Part shown: positions 46,913 through 55,462 of the stretch, in pieces
How the letters are laid out: every line of letters begins with the position of its first letter
Numbering within the stretch: the first letter of the stretch is position 1
Assembly: GCA_040389185.1 (NCBI GenBank)
Contig: JAZKAJ010000006.1
Span: 2,914 to 66,913 of the forward strand
Direction: 5' to 3'
From: Patescibacteria group bacterium
Lineage (GTDB): Bacteria > Patescibacteriota > Minisyncoccia > Phycocordibacterales > CAIRYW01
Length of the DNA: 64,000 nt
Position numbers and translations under genes: made by a program
Notes under the pieces: generated by a model
Seen by the model: only the letters and a program-made list of their open reading frames with translations
Databases searched by the model: none
What the model was told of the DNA's origin: nothing

Positions 46913-46942
46913 AAAAAACCCCTGTATTTACAGGGGTTTTTT
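46913..46942. terminator. Intrinsic terminator, symmetric and potentially bidirectional
   Basis: aaaaaacccctgta-tt-tacaggggtttttt, downstream of the DoxX-like gene. Confidence 0.85.
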
Positions 46943-46952
46943 GGGATTTAAG

Positions 46953-47318
46953 TTAATTTAAACTTAATCTAGTGTATGACTTGTATGAGATTGCGAGAAT
47001 AATCATGAACGCGGCTGGGAGTATAAGCATTGGTCCAAATCCTGCTACTGCCCAGATACTCACGAATGCTGAAATAAAATCGATTCCAAATCCAGCATAC
47101 GCCCACTCTTTCATATTTCTTGGAAATTGAGGAAACATAAGCACGATTGATCCGAGAATTTTAAACGTAGCAAGAAGCGAAACGAAATAAAGTGGATAGC
47201 CAAGACCAACAATGCCGTCAATTGACATTTGACTCCAGCCAGTGAGTGCTACAAGCACTCCTTCCATAAGGAATATGATTGTTGTAGTAATCCAGTACGC
47301 GATTTTTTGAGCTTTCAT
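46953..47318 (-). CDS. DoxX-like (DoxX_2) membrane protein
   Basis: LGYPLYF, KILG and KEWAYAGF motifs. Confidence 0.82.
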   Translation of the reverse strand: MKAQKIAYWITTTIIFLMEGVLVALTGWSQMSIDGIVGLGYPLYFVSLLATFKILGSIVLMFPQFPRNMKEWAYAGFGIDFISAFVSIWAVAGFGPMLILPAAFMIILAISYKSYTRLSLN

Positions 47319-47379
47319 AAAATTATAACTTAACCTAATATACCCATAATATTAGCAGAAATACAGAAATGTGAAACTA

Positions 47380-47742
47380 TCACTTCTTTTCAAAAGCAAG
47401 ACTCTCTTTGACTCGAAATTTAACAATCTTTGTAATGAGTCCGTATGGAATCTTCTCATCGATTGGAAACTGAACAGTTCCTTTAGAAAAAATATACTTT
47501 GATACCTCCTTCTTAAAAGCTGTAACACCCGAAGATGTTGGATAAAATCCAATATGATGTTTATACCCAGCAAAATGCACCAAATGATGGCCATCTAAAT
47601 CAAATGTTGGAATGCCGTAGCTTATAGTTTCTGTCGCCTTCGGAGCGGCTTTTTCAATAGTTACTCTCACCTTCTTCAGGATGATCTGAATATCTTTTGA
47701 AAAAGTTTTTATATATGAGTCAATATCTTTATGGGATTTCAT
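47380..47742 (-). CDS. DUF1801 (YdhG/iron-chaperone-like) protein
   Basis: IDSYI, ETISYGIPTF, FAGYKHHIGFYP and SKGTVQFP motifs. Confidence 0.85.
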   Translation of the reverse strand: MKSHKDIDSYIKTFSKDIQIILKKVRVTIEKAAPKATETISYGIPTFDLDGHHLVHFAGYKHHIGFYPTSSGVTAFKKEVSKYIFSKGTVQFPIDEKIPYGLITKIVKFRVKESLAFEKK

Positions 47743-47791
47743 ATTAATATTTTAGCAGATAGAGTTAACTATTCAAATCATCTGTGATAAA

Positions 47792-47820
47792 TTGTAAAAT
47801 TTTCAGTTTGGATGTAGGAT
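47792..47820 (+). promoter_or_regulatory. Putative sigma70 promoter of the ECF sigma gene
   Basis: TTGTAA-17 nt-TAGGAT, about 48 nt upstream of ATG 47869. Confidence 0.4.
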
Positions 47821-47868
47821 GACAATTAGAAAACTGTCCTAATACAAACCCTAAACAACCTCAAAACT

Positions 47869-48759
47869 ATGAACGAAGAACTCGTAAATGGAGATGGGGC
47901 TGTCGGAGCTCCAATCTCAAGTAGTGCTGGCATCAGTCATGAAGCAGCAAAATGGCTTATGGTGAGACTGCAAAAGCGCGATAATGAGGCCTTAACAACC
48001 TTGTTGAATCAGTACAATAAACTGATTGTGAGTGTGGCCGCTGCAAAAGTTGGCTCAGCACATGCAGAGGATGTGGCCATGATCACCTGGATGGAAGTGC
48101 TAAATCACGCTCACTCATATGACCCATCAAAAGGAACGCCTATAAGCTGGATTATTTCCATCTGTAGTAGGAGGTCAATAGACTGGATAAGGCGTACCGT
48201 GGCAAGAGAAAGAGCGCATCAAGGATTAGAAAACGAGCAGTCAACAAGTGAAGATGCGCATGATGGATGCGATGTCTTGGATCGCAATGAAGTAGGGAGC
48301 GTACTCAGTGAGCAACTTAAAAAGTTACCCGCTGAACAACAAGAAGTTTTGATTCTTCTAAGTCGAGGCTTCAGTCAAAGAGAGATTGCGGAGATAACCC
48401 ACACTCCTTTGGGTACCGTCAAAACAAGAATGGAACTTGGCTTGAAAAAGTTGAGGCAAAATTCACGGATTTCATGTTTACATGTTAAAAAATCCGCGAA
48501 AAGTTCTAAGCGGAAAGCTGACTCAACTCCCTCTCGTCAGGAAACTCTTCCTCCTGAACCGGCACTCGAAGTTCTTTCACTGAATGAAAAAGTGATTGAT
48601 GACACAAGCTCTCTTCCCGTGACTGAGTCTCCTGCCCCAAAAGCAGCCCAGCACACTGAAAGCAACCTGCCATTGAGAGCCAATTTCATGCCCAAAAGAA
48701 GACGTCGAGTGAGCAATGTTTGGTGGAAGGAACTTGCTACCAGACTCAGATCAACATGA
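47869..48759 (+). CDS. ECF (sigma-70 group 4, SigK-like) sigma factor with a C-terminal extension of about 95 aa
   Basis: AEDV...YDPSKG...WI...RRSIDWIR in region 2. LPAEQQEVL...SQREIAEITHTPLGTVKTRMELGLKKLR in region 4. Confidence 0.85.
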   Translation: MNEELVNGDGAVGAPISSSAGISHEAAKWLMVRLQKRDNEALTTLLNQYNKLIVSVAAAKVGSAHAEDVAMITWMEVLNHAHSYDPSKGTPISWIISICSRRSIDWIRRTVARERAHQGLENEQSTSEDAHDGCDVLDRNEVGSVLSEQLKKLPAEQQEVLILLSRGFSQREIAEITHTPLGTVKTRMELGLKKLRQNSRISCLHVKKSAKSSKRKADSTPSRQETLPPEPALEVLSLNEKVIDDTSSLPVTESPAPKAAQHTESNLPLRANFMPKRRRRVSNVWWKELATRLRST

Positions 48760-48764
48760 GATAA

Positions 48765-48800
48765 CAGGTCATCGCCCTCGGCGCTGACCTGCTTTTATTT
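48765..48800 (+). terminator. Intrinsic terminator after the ECF sigma gene
   Basis: caggtcatcgccctcggcgctgacctg hairpin followed by cttttattt. Confidence 0.7.
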
Positions 48801-49428
48801 TAATTCAAAACTTTCTTCTTCCCTCCAATAGCGATCCAAAAAATACCTTTTCTTCCCGCGTCATCAGGCAGAATATCTGAATAAGTAATTATAAATCCTA
48901 AATCTTTCAAAAGTTTTTCGATTTCTGTTTTTGAAAAATATGTGTAAAAACGATCGTTCTCTCCCGAGAGAATATCTTTGACGAAACCTTCTCCTTTACC
49001 TTTTCTCACCTGAATGTGAACTAATCCACCAGGCTTCAATATCTTATAAAATTTTTAATCGCTTTTGGTACATCAGTTCTTTTGAGATGAAGTAAGACCG
49101 CTTGAGCCCAAATGCCATCAAAATGATTATTTGGGAATTTTGATTTTAAAATATCTTCACATTTAAATACCGTCTTCGAAACTTCTTTTTTTGCCTCATT
49201 TATTAAAACACTTGAAACATCAATACCTATTACGCGCAAGCCATTCTTCACAAAAAATTTTGAGTCCCTTCCACCTCCGCACCCAACATCAAGAATAAGT
49301 GACTGTTTTAAAAAAGAATTGGTAAATGGTAGCCGAGCAGGCACAACCAACTTTTTACTGGCATCTAAATATTTTTTTCCCAGTCTGTTGTACACTTCTA
49401 CAGTCTGCTGGTAAATACTTTTACTCAT
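48800..49428 (-). pseudogene. Class I SAM methyltransferase split by a -1 frameshift (ORFs 49036-49428 and 48800-49039)
   Basis: The 5' half has ILDVGCGGGRDS and FDGIWAQAVLLH. The 3' half begins LKPGG. Adding one base at A5T4 (49048-49056) restores KKFYKILKPGG. Confidence 0.75.
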
Positions 49429-49438
49429 ATTTTTCAGC

Positions 49439-49606
49439 TTATTGCCCTGTATGCTTTCTAAATTTAACTCCCATATAATATGGCCAAACTATAATTGCTA
49501 AAACACCTTTCCAAAAAGAAAGATTTAAATATCCTATAGTAAAAAGCCATCCAATACACCACAAAGTCCCGAACAGATCCTGATTGTTTATTATTTCATT
49601 ATGCAT
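49439..49606 (-). CDS. Small two-TM membrane protein (55 aa)
   Basis: My translation: MHNEIINNQDLFGTLWCIGWLFTIGYLNLSFWKGVLAIIVWPYYMGVKFRKHTGQ*. It fits the operon gap closely (3 nt and 10 nt spacers). Confidence 0.65.
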   Translation of the reverse strand: MHNEIINNQDLFGTLWCIGWLFTIGYLNLSFWKGVLAIIVWPYYMGVKFRKHTGQ

Positions 49607-49609
49607 AAG

Positions 49610-50872
49610 TTAAGTATACCACTTTAACAACTTCAGAAAAATGCCCTGCAACACTATTATCGAGATACTTGTTTTTTTTGCAAAAAGACACATTCTATAG
49701 ATTGTGGTTTTAATGATGCTCTCAATGATCGATACAAACAGTCTTGGATCATAGAAAGGTATATATTTCCATCTTCTCTCAATATTACATATCCATTTCA
49801 AAATTTCTAACATATCCAACCGCAGGATTGAGTACAAAATACTTCTTGGAAAGTAGCACATGAATTGAGCATCTTTACACTTCGGCAATTTCGGGCGGAT
49901 AAGCTGTGTCTTTTGTAACAAATAGTTTGTTATTGCCAAAGAAAAATCTACTCCAATATGTTTTGCGGGTTTAAACCAGACCTGAGGCCTCAGATCAGAC
50001 TCGATAAGATAATGCGCTCGTGACTTTTCATCTCTCATAAATGTGATAGAACTAAATCCGTTTAGACCAAAGCTCTCACCCATTTTTTTCAAAATTTCCT
50101 CAACTTCAGGACACTCAACATACTTTCTTTCACAAGATGCGCTGAACTCTCCGTTCGTAGTCTTTTTTACGATCGAATATGCGTAAGCCAAAAGCGCGCC
50201 GTTTTTAAACAATGCTTCGACTGAAACATTTTCCCCAAAAATATATCTTTGAAATAGAAGGTCCTTGTTTTGTTTTGCCGATAACTTCGAAAGACAATCC
50301 TCGACTTCTTGTTTGTCATGGCACAAGAATACACCTTTACCTCCACTACTTTGGTCAACTTTGAGAAGCATGGGGAAAGGAACCTGCTCGTATATTTTGT
50401 TCAAATCTTCAAAAGAATTATGAAGGTAAGATTGTGGAGTCAAAATATTATACTTTTGACAAAGGGAATTGAGTCCCGCTTTTGATCCAAGTAATATTCT
50501 ATTCTCAAGATTAATTATCGGTTTAATAAAGAGTTCCGCATCCTCCGTTGAACATTCGTTTATTATTCGAAGCGTTGTATCATCTGAAGCAACAAACCAA
50601 TCATATTTGTTTTCTTCTAGACTACTTTTTAGTAATTGAAGATACTCAATATTAGATAATCCCTCAGTACTGATATGGTCATCCCAAAAACTATTTTTAA
50701 GAAGCCATGATCCATTTGAACAAAAAACATCAACTATGCATCCGGCTGTTTTGAATAAATATGGAATCTCGGCTGCGATCTCAGAATTTTTGCGATCCGC
50801 GATCAAAATTCGAGCTTGATGCAGATGTTCATTCTGCGATTGATCATTATTGACTAATAATTTAAACTTCAC
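49610..50872 (-). CDS. ATP-grasp domain protein
   Basis: FPMLLKVDQSSGGKGV, LFQRYIFG and LIESDLRP motifs. Confidence 0.75.
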   Translation of the reverse strand: MKFKLLVNNDQSQNEHLHQARILIADRKNSEIAAEIPYLFKTAGCIVDVFCSNGSWLLKNSFWDDHISTEGLSNIEYLQLLKSSLEENKYDWFVASDDTTLRIINECSTEDAELFIKPIINLENRILLGSKAGLNSLCQKYNILTPQSYLHNSFEDLNKIYEQVPFPMLLKVDQSSGGKGVFLCHDKQEVEDCLSKLSAKQNKDLLFQRYIFGENVSVEALFKNGALLAYAYSIVKKTTNGEFSASCERKYVECPEVEEILKKMGESFGLNGFSSITFMRDEKSRAHYLIESDLRPQVWFKPAKHIGVDFSLAITNYLLQKTQLIRPKLPKCKDAQFMCYFPRSILYSILRLDMLEILKWICNIERRWKYIPFYDPRLFVSIIESIIKTTIYRMCLFAKKTSISIIVLQGIFLKLLKWYT

Positions 50873-50910
50873 AAATTGATGAAAATAAAATAAAAAATTG
50901 CATTCAAAAA

Positions 50911-51468
50911 CTAAAGCTTCTGAAACGCCATCTTGAACATTCCTGGTGATTCTATGAGTTCAGATTTATTTAGTATCTCTCTAAGGAACCCGTGGATAAT
51001 TTCTTTTGTCTTGGCAACCTCTTCTTTATTCTTCACACTAATTTCTGCCTCAAGAAAATATCTGATACTTGGCGAGTGGTCAAACTTTATACTATCAATT
51101 GTGATACTGATATTTTGTCCATCAAAACTAGCCGCAAACCATTCCCGGTCTTTTTTAATTTTTAATGAATCTGGATATTCCACAAGCTTGGATTCGTATT
51201 CTTCTTTTGTTACTTCGTGTTCATTTTCTCTTCGGACGGGCTTGCCGCCTTCGAACAATTCCCACATCTTCTCAGTATAAAAATATTTGTCTCCTTCTTT
51301 TCGATACCGCTTGATATCATAGCCTCCGTATTCTGACTCTGTAGCTTCTGGCCAAAAGTCATTTTGAGGAGTCACACCCTTAGACAAAAACCCTCGCTCT
51401 TTAAAAAGACTGATCAGCTTTTCTTTTTCATCTTCAGTAAGTTCAATTTTAAGTTCTACTTCGTACAT
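50911..51468 (-). CDS. CYTH-domain (class IV adenylate cyclase/triphosphatase-like) protein
   Basis: N-terminal ExExK (EVELK), plus KKDRE and YFLEAE. Confidence 0.8.
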   Translation of the reverse strand: MYEVELKIELTEDEKEKLISLFKERGFLSKGVTPQNDFWPEATESEYGGYDIKRYRKEGDKYFYTEKMWELFEGGKPVRRENEHEVTKEEYESKLVEYPDSLKIKKDREWFAASFDGQNISITIDSIKFDHSPSIRYFLEAEISVKNKEEVAKTKEIIHGFLREILNKSELIESPGMFKMAFQKL

Positions 51469-51471
51469 ACA

Positions 51472-51993
51472 TTATTTTGTTCTATTCACTATTAACGCTT
51501 TTGCAAGTATCACAATATTCAACTCTCCATATTCCTTTTCTACAGTTTCAATAAGTTTATTGGTGAAATCAATCCACTCTGGATAACGAAATTCCCGCAG
51601 TGCACCATCATATAGAGTTGCAGTTTTATCATATAATTTTAGCAACTGTGCTTTGGCTGGTTTTTGCAAAGTCTCCTTTACTTCAATTTCAAAATTTTCA
51701 AATGTCATATCTTTTATCATTGCCACCACTTCTTCTGACAAATCTGAAGGGAGAGCTGCTGTAGTATCTTCAAGAACATCATGGAACAGGAGCGCTTCAG
51801 CACCAGGAATCCTAATCGATTCAGGCAGTTTTGTATCCAACAGAATCATCATAGAACACCACAATGGATGGGTGAAATATGGATTAGTTTCTTGACTCGG
51901 AAACTTTCGGTGAGTCTTTGCAGTAGGCAAAGCCATTTCTTGATGCGCTTCTGCCTGGAGCTTTATATATTCAATAAATTTCTCGTAGTCCAT
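51472..51993 (-). CDS. HD-domain hydrolase resembling Mesh1/small alarmone hydrolase
   Basis: AH-x-R-x6-PYFTHP, ALLFHDVLEDT and LKLYDK match the RSH hydrolase pattern. Start set at ATG 51993. Confidence 0.72.
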   Translation of the reverse strand: MDYEKFIEYIKLQAEAHQEMALPTAKTHRKFPSQETNPYFTHPLWCSMMILLDTKLPESIRIPGAEALLFHDVLEDTTAALPSDLSEEVVAMIKDMTFENFEIEVKETLQKPAKAQLLKLYDKTATLYDGALREFRYPEWIDFTNKLIETVEKEYGELNIVILAKALIVNRTK

Positions 51994-51994
51994 A

Positions 51995-52789
51995 TTATTT
52001 ATCCATTCTATCACGAACCTCTAATTTTCTTTTAAAATGCTTCAAATATGCCACAATAATGAAACAAATGATCACCAAGAGAAACCACGAGGTGATCTTA
52101 TTAAAACTCACCACATGCCATTCGTGAAGCTGACCTGGATACTTCCATGCACCCAAATATGTCGCAATATTTTCTGCAACCCAAACAAAAAATCCAATGA
52201 GAATGAAGCTCAAAACAAGTGGTATTTTGTACTCTTTGATGCGGATAGTGAAATGTACCATTGTTTTGAAATACACAATAAATATGAAAACAAACAGAAT
52301 CCATCGCATATCGGGTATGAAGTGATTCGTAAAGAAATTAAGATAGATAAGTGAACACAAAAGAATACTTAGTCTGTATGATGGATGATCAGTTAATCTA
52401 AGTTTAAACATCTTCCATGCATAGGCAATATAGCTACCAACTGCCGCATACATAAATCCACTATAAAGTGGTACATTAAATACCTTGAAATACCCAGCTT
52501 CAGGATACGACCATGAGCCAACACTAGGACTTGTTTTGAATATCTCAAGACAAAGCCCGATGATGTGAAAAAGAAAAATGGTCTTCATCTCATCTTTTGT
52601 CTCGAGTTTAAATATGAGAAGCAAAAGTTGGATGATGATTGCGCCTATAAACAAAAAATCATATCTATATAATCCCGGGATAGATATGTAGTTTGAAATA
52701 AATAAGACAAATATGAACGAGAGTGCAAAAAGAAGCGACCGAAGCTCTTTTACGAGAAAGTAAAAAAGTTCAGCCACAAAGAATTTCAT
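51995..52789 (-). CDS. DUF817-family membrane protein
   Basis: RYDFLF, FHIIGLCLEIFK, GSWSYP, VPLYSGFMYAAVGSY and WVAENIATY motifs. Confidence 0.85.
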   Translation of the reverse strand: MKFFVAELFYFLVKELRSLLFALSFIFVLFISNYISIPGLYRYDFLFIGAIIIQLLLLIFKLETKDEMKTIFLFHIIGLCLEIFKTSPSVGSWSYPEAGYFKVFNVPLYSGFMYAAVGSYIAYAWKMFKLRLTDHPSYRLSILLCSLIYLNFFTNHFIPDMRWILFVFIFIVYFKTMVHFTIRIKEYKIPLVLSFILIGFFVWVAENIATYLGAWKYPGQLHEWHVVSFNKITSWFLLVIICFIIVAYLKHFKRKLEVRDRMDK

Positions 52790-52814
52790 ATTTTCTTTTA
52801 TTTTTTTCATCAAG

Positions 52815-53264
52815 CTAGACAAAGAAGCTTGCAACAAAAGCAATAAGTACGAGTGTCACAAGATTTGCACCTATCTCAGAAAAGAATCTAGGATACCTTA
52901 TACTTTTGTCAGTATTGCTCCAGATGATGCCTGAACCGATTGTAGGCACAATAAAGCAAAGCCAGTTCATCGCAATGAATCCAAGCGCCATTCCAAATGA
53001 AAGCCCATTTCTCATACCTGTTGTCACAATAAAAACGACAGCAAATGAAGTCAAAAACGAGAGTCCGATCTGCGCCGCATACATCTTCCCCATCATTGGC
53101 TTTGCCTCTTCCATTTTTTTCTTCATTTCTGCTGGAGTGAGGTTGTCACAGCCGAGAGTTTTCATATGAATACGTCCCATAGGTGTAGAGTTCGAATACC
53201 AAAAACTACCAACAATTGCAGCAATAGCTGCTCCTAGAAGTGAAAGTAAAGTAACAGTGATCAT
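52815..53264 (-). CDS. DUF1761-family membrane protein (second copy)
   Basis: IVGSFWYS...GR motif, four TMs. Confidence 0.65.
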   Translation of the reverse strand: MITVTLLSLLGAAIAAIVGSFWYSNSTPMGRIHMKTLGCDNLTPAEMKKKMEEAKPMMGKMYAAQIGLSFLTSFAVVFIVTTGMRNGLSFGMALGFIAMNWLCFIVPTIGSGIIWSNTDKSIRYPRFFSEIGANLVTLVLIAFVASFFV

Positions 53265-53316
53265 AAAATTTAAAATTAATGTTAACTAATAATTACAAAT
53301 AAATCTTCTACTCATA

Positions 53317-54510
53317 TCATGCTTCAGATAAGAAGGTTGCAGTCACTGTGGTTATTGTGCTCATAGTAACCATACATGTTCCAGTCCCTGAACAGCCACC
53401 TCCAGTCCAACCAAGGAAAGTGGCACCTATACCTGGAGACGCAGTAAGTGTAACAATACTACCTGACGCAAACGAATGGGAACAAGTCGAGCCACAGGCA
53501 ATACCTGCCGGGGTACTTGTGATCATCCCATCTCCCACAAGGATAACATTTAAAGCATAAGTATTAAGAGTGAACGTCGCGGTGACCGTTGTGTCATTAT
53601 CAAGTGTTACAACACAAGGACCAGTACCTGAACATGCACCAGACCAACCAGAGAATGTTGAGCCAGCATCAGCAGATGCGGTAAGTGTCACAGTGGTGCC
53701 TGATGAATATGAAGAAGAACAAGTCGAGCCGCAAGCAATACCCGCGGGAGTACTCATGACCACCCCATTTCCAGACCCAGATTTAGCAACGGTGAATGAA
53801 TATGTAGGTATTGGAAGTGTTGTCACATCGAGTATTGATGAATATTCGGAAACATTACCTGCAACATCTTTTGCCTTAATCTGGTAACGATAGAGTGTAT
53901 CAGCACTCAGGTCTGCATCATCAAATGAGGAGGTAGTTGGATTACCAATCTCAATAAAATCAGTACACCCATCACCTTCACATCGCTCAAGAATGTATTT
54001 TAAAAATCCTGAACCTCCTACATCAGTAGAATCCGACCAATCCAAAGACAGAGTTGTCTCTGTAATATTTGATGATTCGAGATCAGTCGGTATCGTAGGT
54101 GCTGTTCTATCTGCATGACTGCGAATGATTGTGCCCGACCTCACCTTTGGCAATATTAGACCAATCGTAGTCGTACTCATATTAGAGATCTGTAGAGGAG
54201 TGGATAGATGAGCTCGAGTAAGCGGACCAACAATTCCTATAGGAACAATTCCGTTCGCCCTTTGAAAATCAATAACAGCCGTTTTTGTTAGTGGTCCAAA
54301 ATATCCTGTCGCTGTTGGATACGAGAAAAAACCTAAACTCTTTAAGATATTTTGCAGAGTCAAAACCTCACTTCCACTTAATCCAAGATAAAGACTGTGA
54401 GTAATAGATAGTGATGGAACAGAAGATAATACTTCCGCATTTAGCGTTGTAGAAATACTAAAAATACAAAAGAATGCTAAGACAACCTTCGAAATACTTA
54501 TTTTCTTCAT
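53317..54510 (-). CDS. Secreted protein with peptidoglycan-binding domain, FN3 domain and two divergent InlB B-like repeats
   Basis: SLYLGLSGSEVLTLQ...TGYFGPLTKTAVIDFQ; DRTAPTIPT...YRYQIKAKDVAGN; STPAGIACGSTCS...FxGWxG-x-CSGTG twice. Confidence 0.82.
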   Translation of the reverse strand: MKKISISKVVLAFFCIFSISTTLNAEVLSSVPSLSITHSLYLGLSGSEVLTLQNILKSLGFFSYPTATGYFGPLTKTAVIDFQRANGIVPIGIVGPLTRAHLSTPLQISNMSTTTIGLILPKVRSGTIIRSHADRTAPTIPTDLESSNITETTLSLDWSDSTDVGGSGFLKYILERCEGDGCTDFIEIGNPTTSSFDDADLSADTLYRYQIKAKDVAGNVSEYSSILDVTTLPIPTYSFTVAKSGSGNGVVMSTPAGIACGSTCSSSYSSGTTVTLTASADAGSTFSGWSGACSGTGPCVVTLDNDTTVTATFTLNTYALNVILVGDGMITSTPAGIACGSTCSHSFASGSIVTLTASPGIGATFLGWTGGGCSGTGTCMVTMSTITTVTATFLSEA

Positions 54511-54595
54511 GAGAATATAATATCATAAAGGAGAAATTAAATATTTATAGACCACTTTTGTGTGGAAAACTAAACAAATAGTACTGCCCAATCTT

Positions 54596-55093
54596 CTATA
54601 TTATTTTTTCATTTATTTTTTCTGTCCCAAGTTTTACAAGCTTTTCATCCGCCATAACCTCTTCTTTAAGATTTGCTTCGAGAAGTTCGGACACTTCAGA
54701 AAATCCTAATTCTTCAGCCCAAATCAAAGCGGACATATACCCCGCCATTTCATAATGCTCTGCATATGATGCGGCAGCAATCAGATTTGCGTCGAGTGCT
54801 TCTTTTGGTTTTACATTTTTTATCACCCATCCTCCGTCTTCGATAATTCCTCGAATACCTGCAGATTTCATACTTCGTTCAGGTTTAGCACCAAGAAGTG
54901 TAAATATCTGCTCCAATCTTTTAGCATGACCCTTGGTTTCTTCAAGATGTGTTGTAAATCCGTTCTTAAGATCCTTGTCAGTTGCTGCTTTTGCTAGTTT
55001 TGGCAACGCTTTTATAAGCTCTTGCTCTATATCAAGAAGCACGGAAAGTTTAGTAATAAGAAGCGCTTGTAGATCTTTTGGTTTTGTTGTCAT
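54596..55093 (-). CDS. YciE/YciF (DUF892) ferritin-like protein
   Basis: ALPKLAKAA, HLEETKGH and EHYEMAGY motifs. Confidence 0.88.
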   Translation of the reverse strand: MTTKPKDLQALLITKLSVLLDIEQELIKALPKLAKAATDKDLKNGFTTHLEETKGHAKRLEQIFTLLGAKPERSMKSAGIRGIIEDGGWVIKNVKPKEALDANLIAAASYAEHYEMAGYMSALIWAEELGFSEVSELLEANLKEEVMADEKLVKLGTEKINEKII

Positions 55094-55171
55094 AAAAATT
55101 AAGTTAGTTGGTAATATCGTTCCAGAATTGGTGACGCTTCTTACTTAATGTTATGACAAATGTGCTTTCTA

Positions 55172-55462
55172 TTATTTACTTACCTCAGGATATTTTTTCT
55201 TTCGAAGTGGTGTATATTTCCACCACATTCGGGCCTCTGTACCATTCATAAAATCAACCGCAGCTATATAAGTATCCAAAACGCATGGATCTTGGCGCGT
55301 CTTTGTAATTTTGCAAATTTCTAAATAGAGCTTATAGGGATCTTTTTCTATTAAATCTTTTGGATCATTAAGCCCTAGCAATTTAAAATCTCGTGTCATC
55401 GCAGGTCCGATGTTTGGGATGTCTGTAAACTTTTTTACAAAGATATTCTTAGTTGCTTTCAT
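55172..55462 (-). CDS. Helix-hairpin-helix protein (Cdd1/'mitomycin resistance'-like)
   Basis: IPNIGPAM, DPYKLY, RQDPCVLDT and WWKYT motifs. Start moved to ATG 55462 to avoid a long overlap with the ABC gene. Confidence 0.75.
   Translation of the reverse strand: MKATKNIFVKKFTDIPNIGPAMTRDFKLLGLNDPKDLIEKDPYKLYLEICKITKTRQDPCVLDTYIAAVDFMNGTEARMWWKYTPLRKKKYPEVSK

Noticed and set aside
53317-53800. DGR-like template/variable repeat pair in the duplicated STPAGIACGSTCS segments
   Set aside because: Both copies lie in one ORF and differ mostly at synonymous positions rather than specifically at adenines, which fits ordinary domain duplication.
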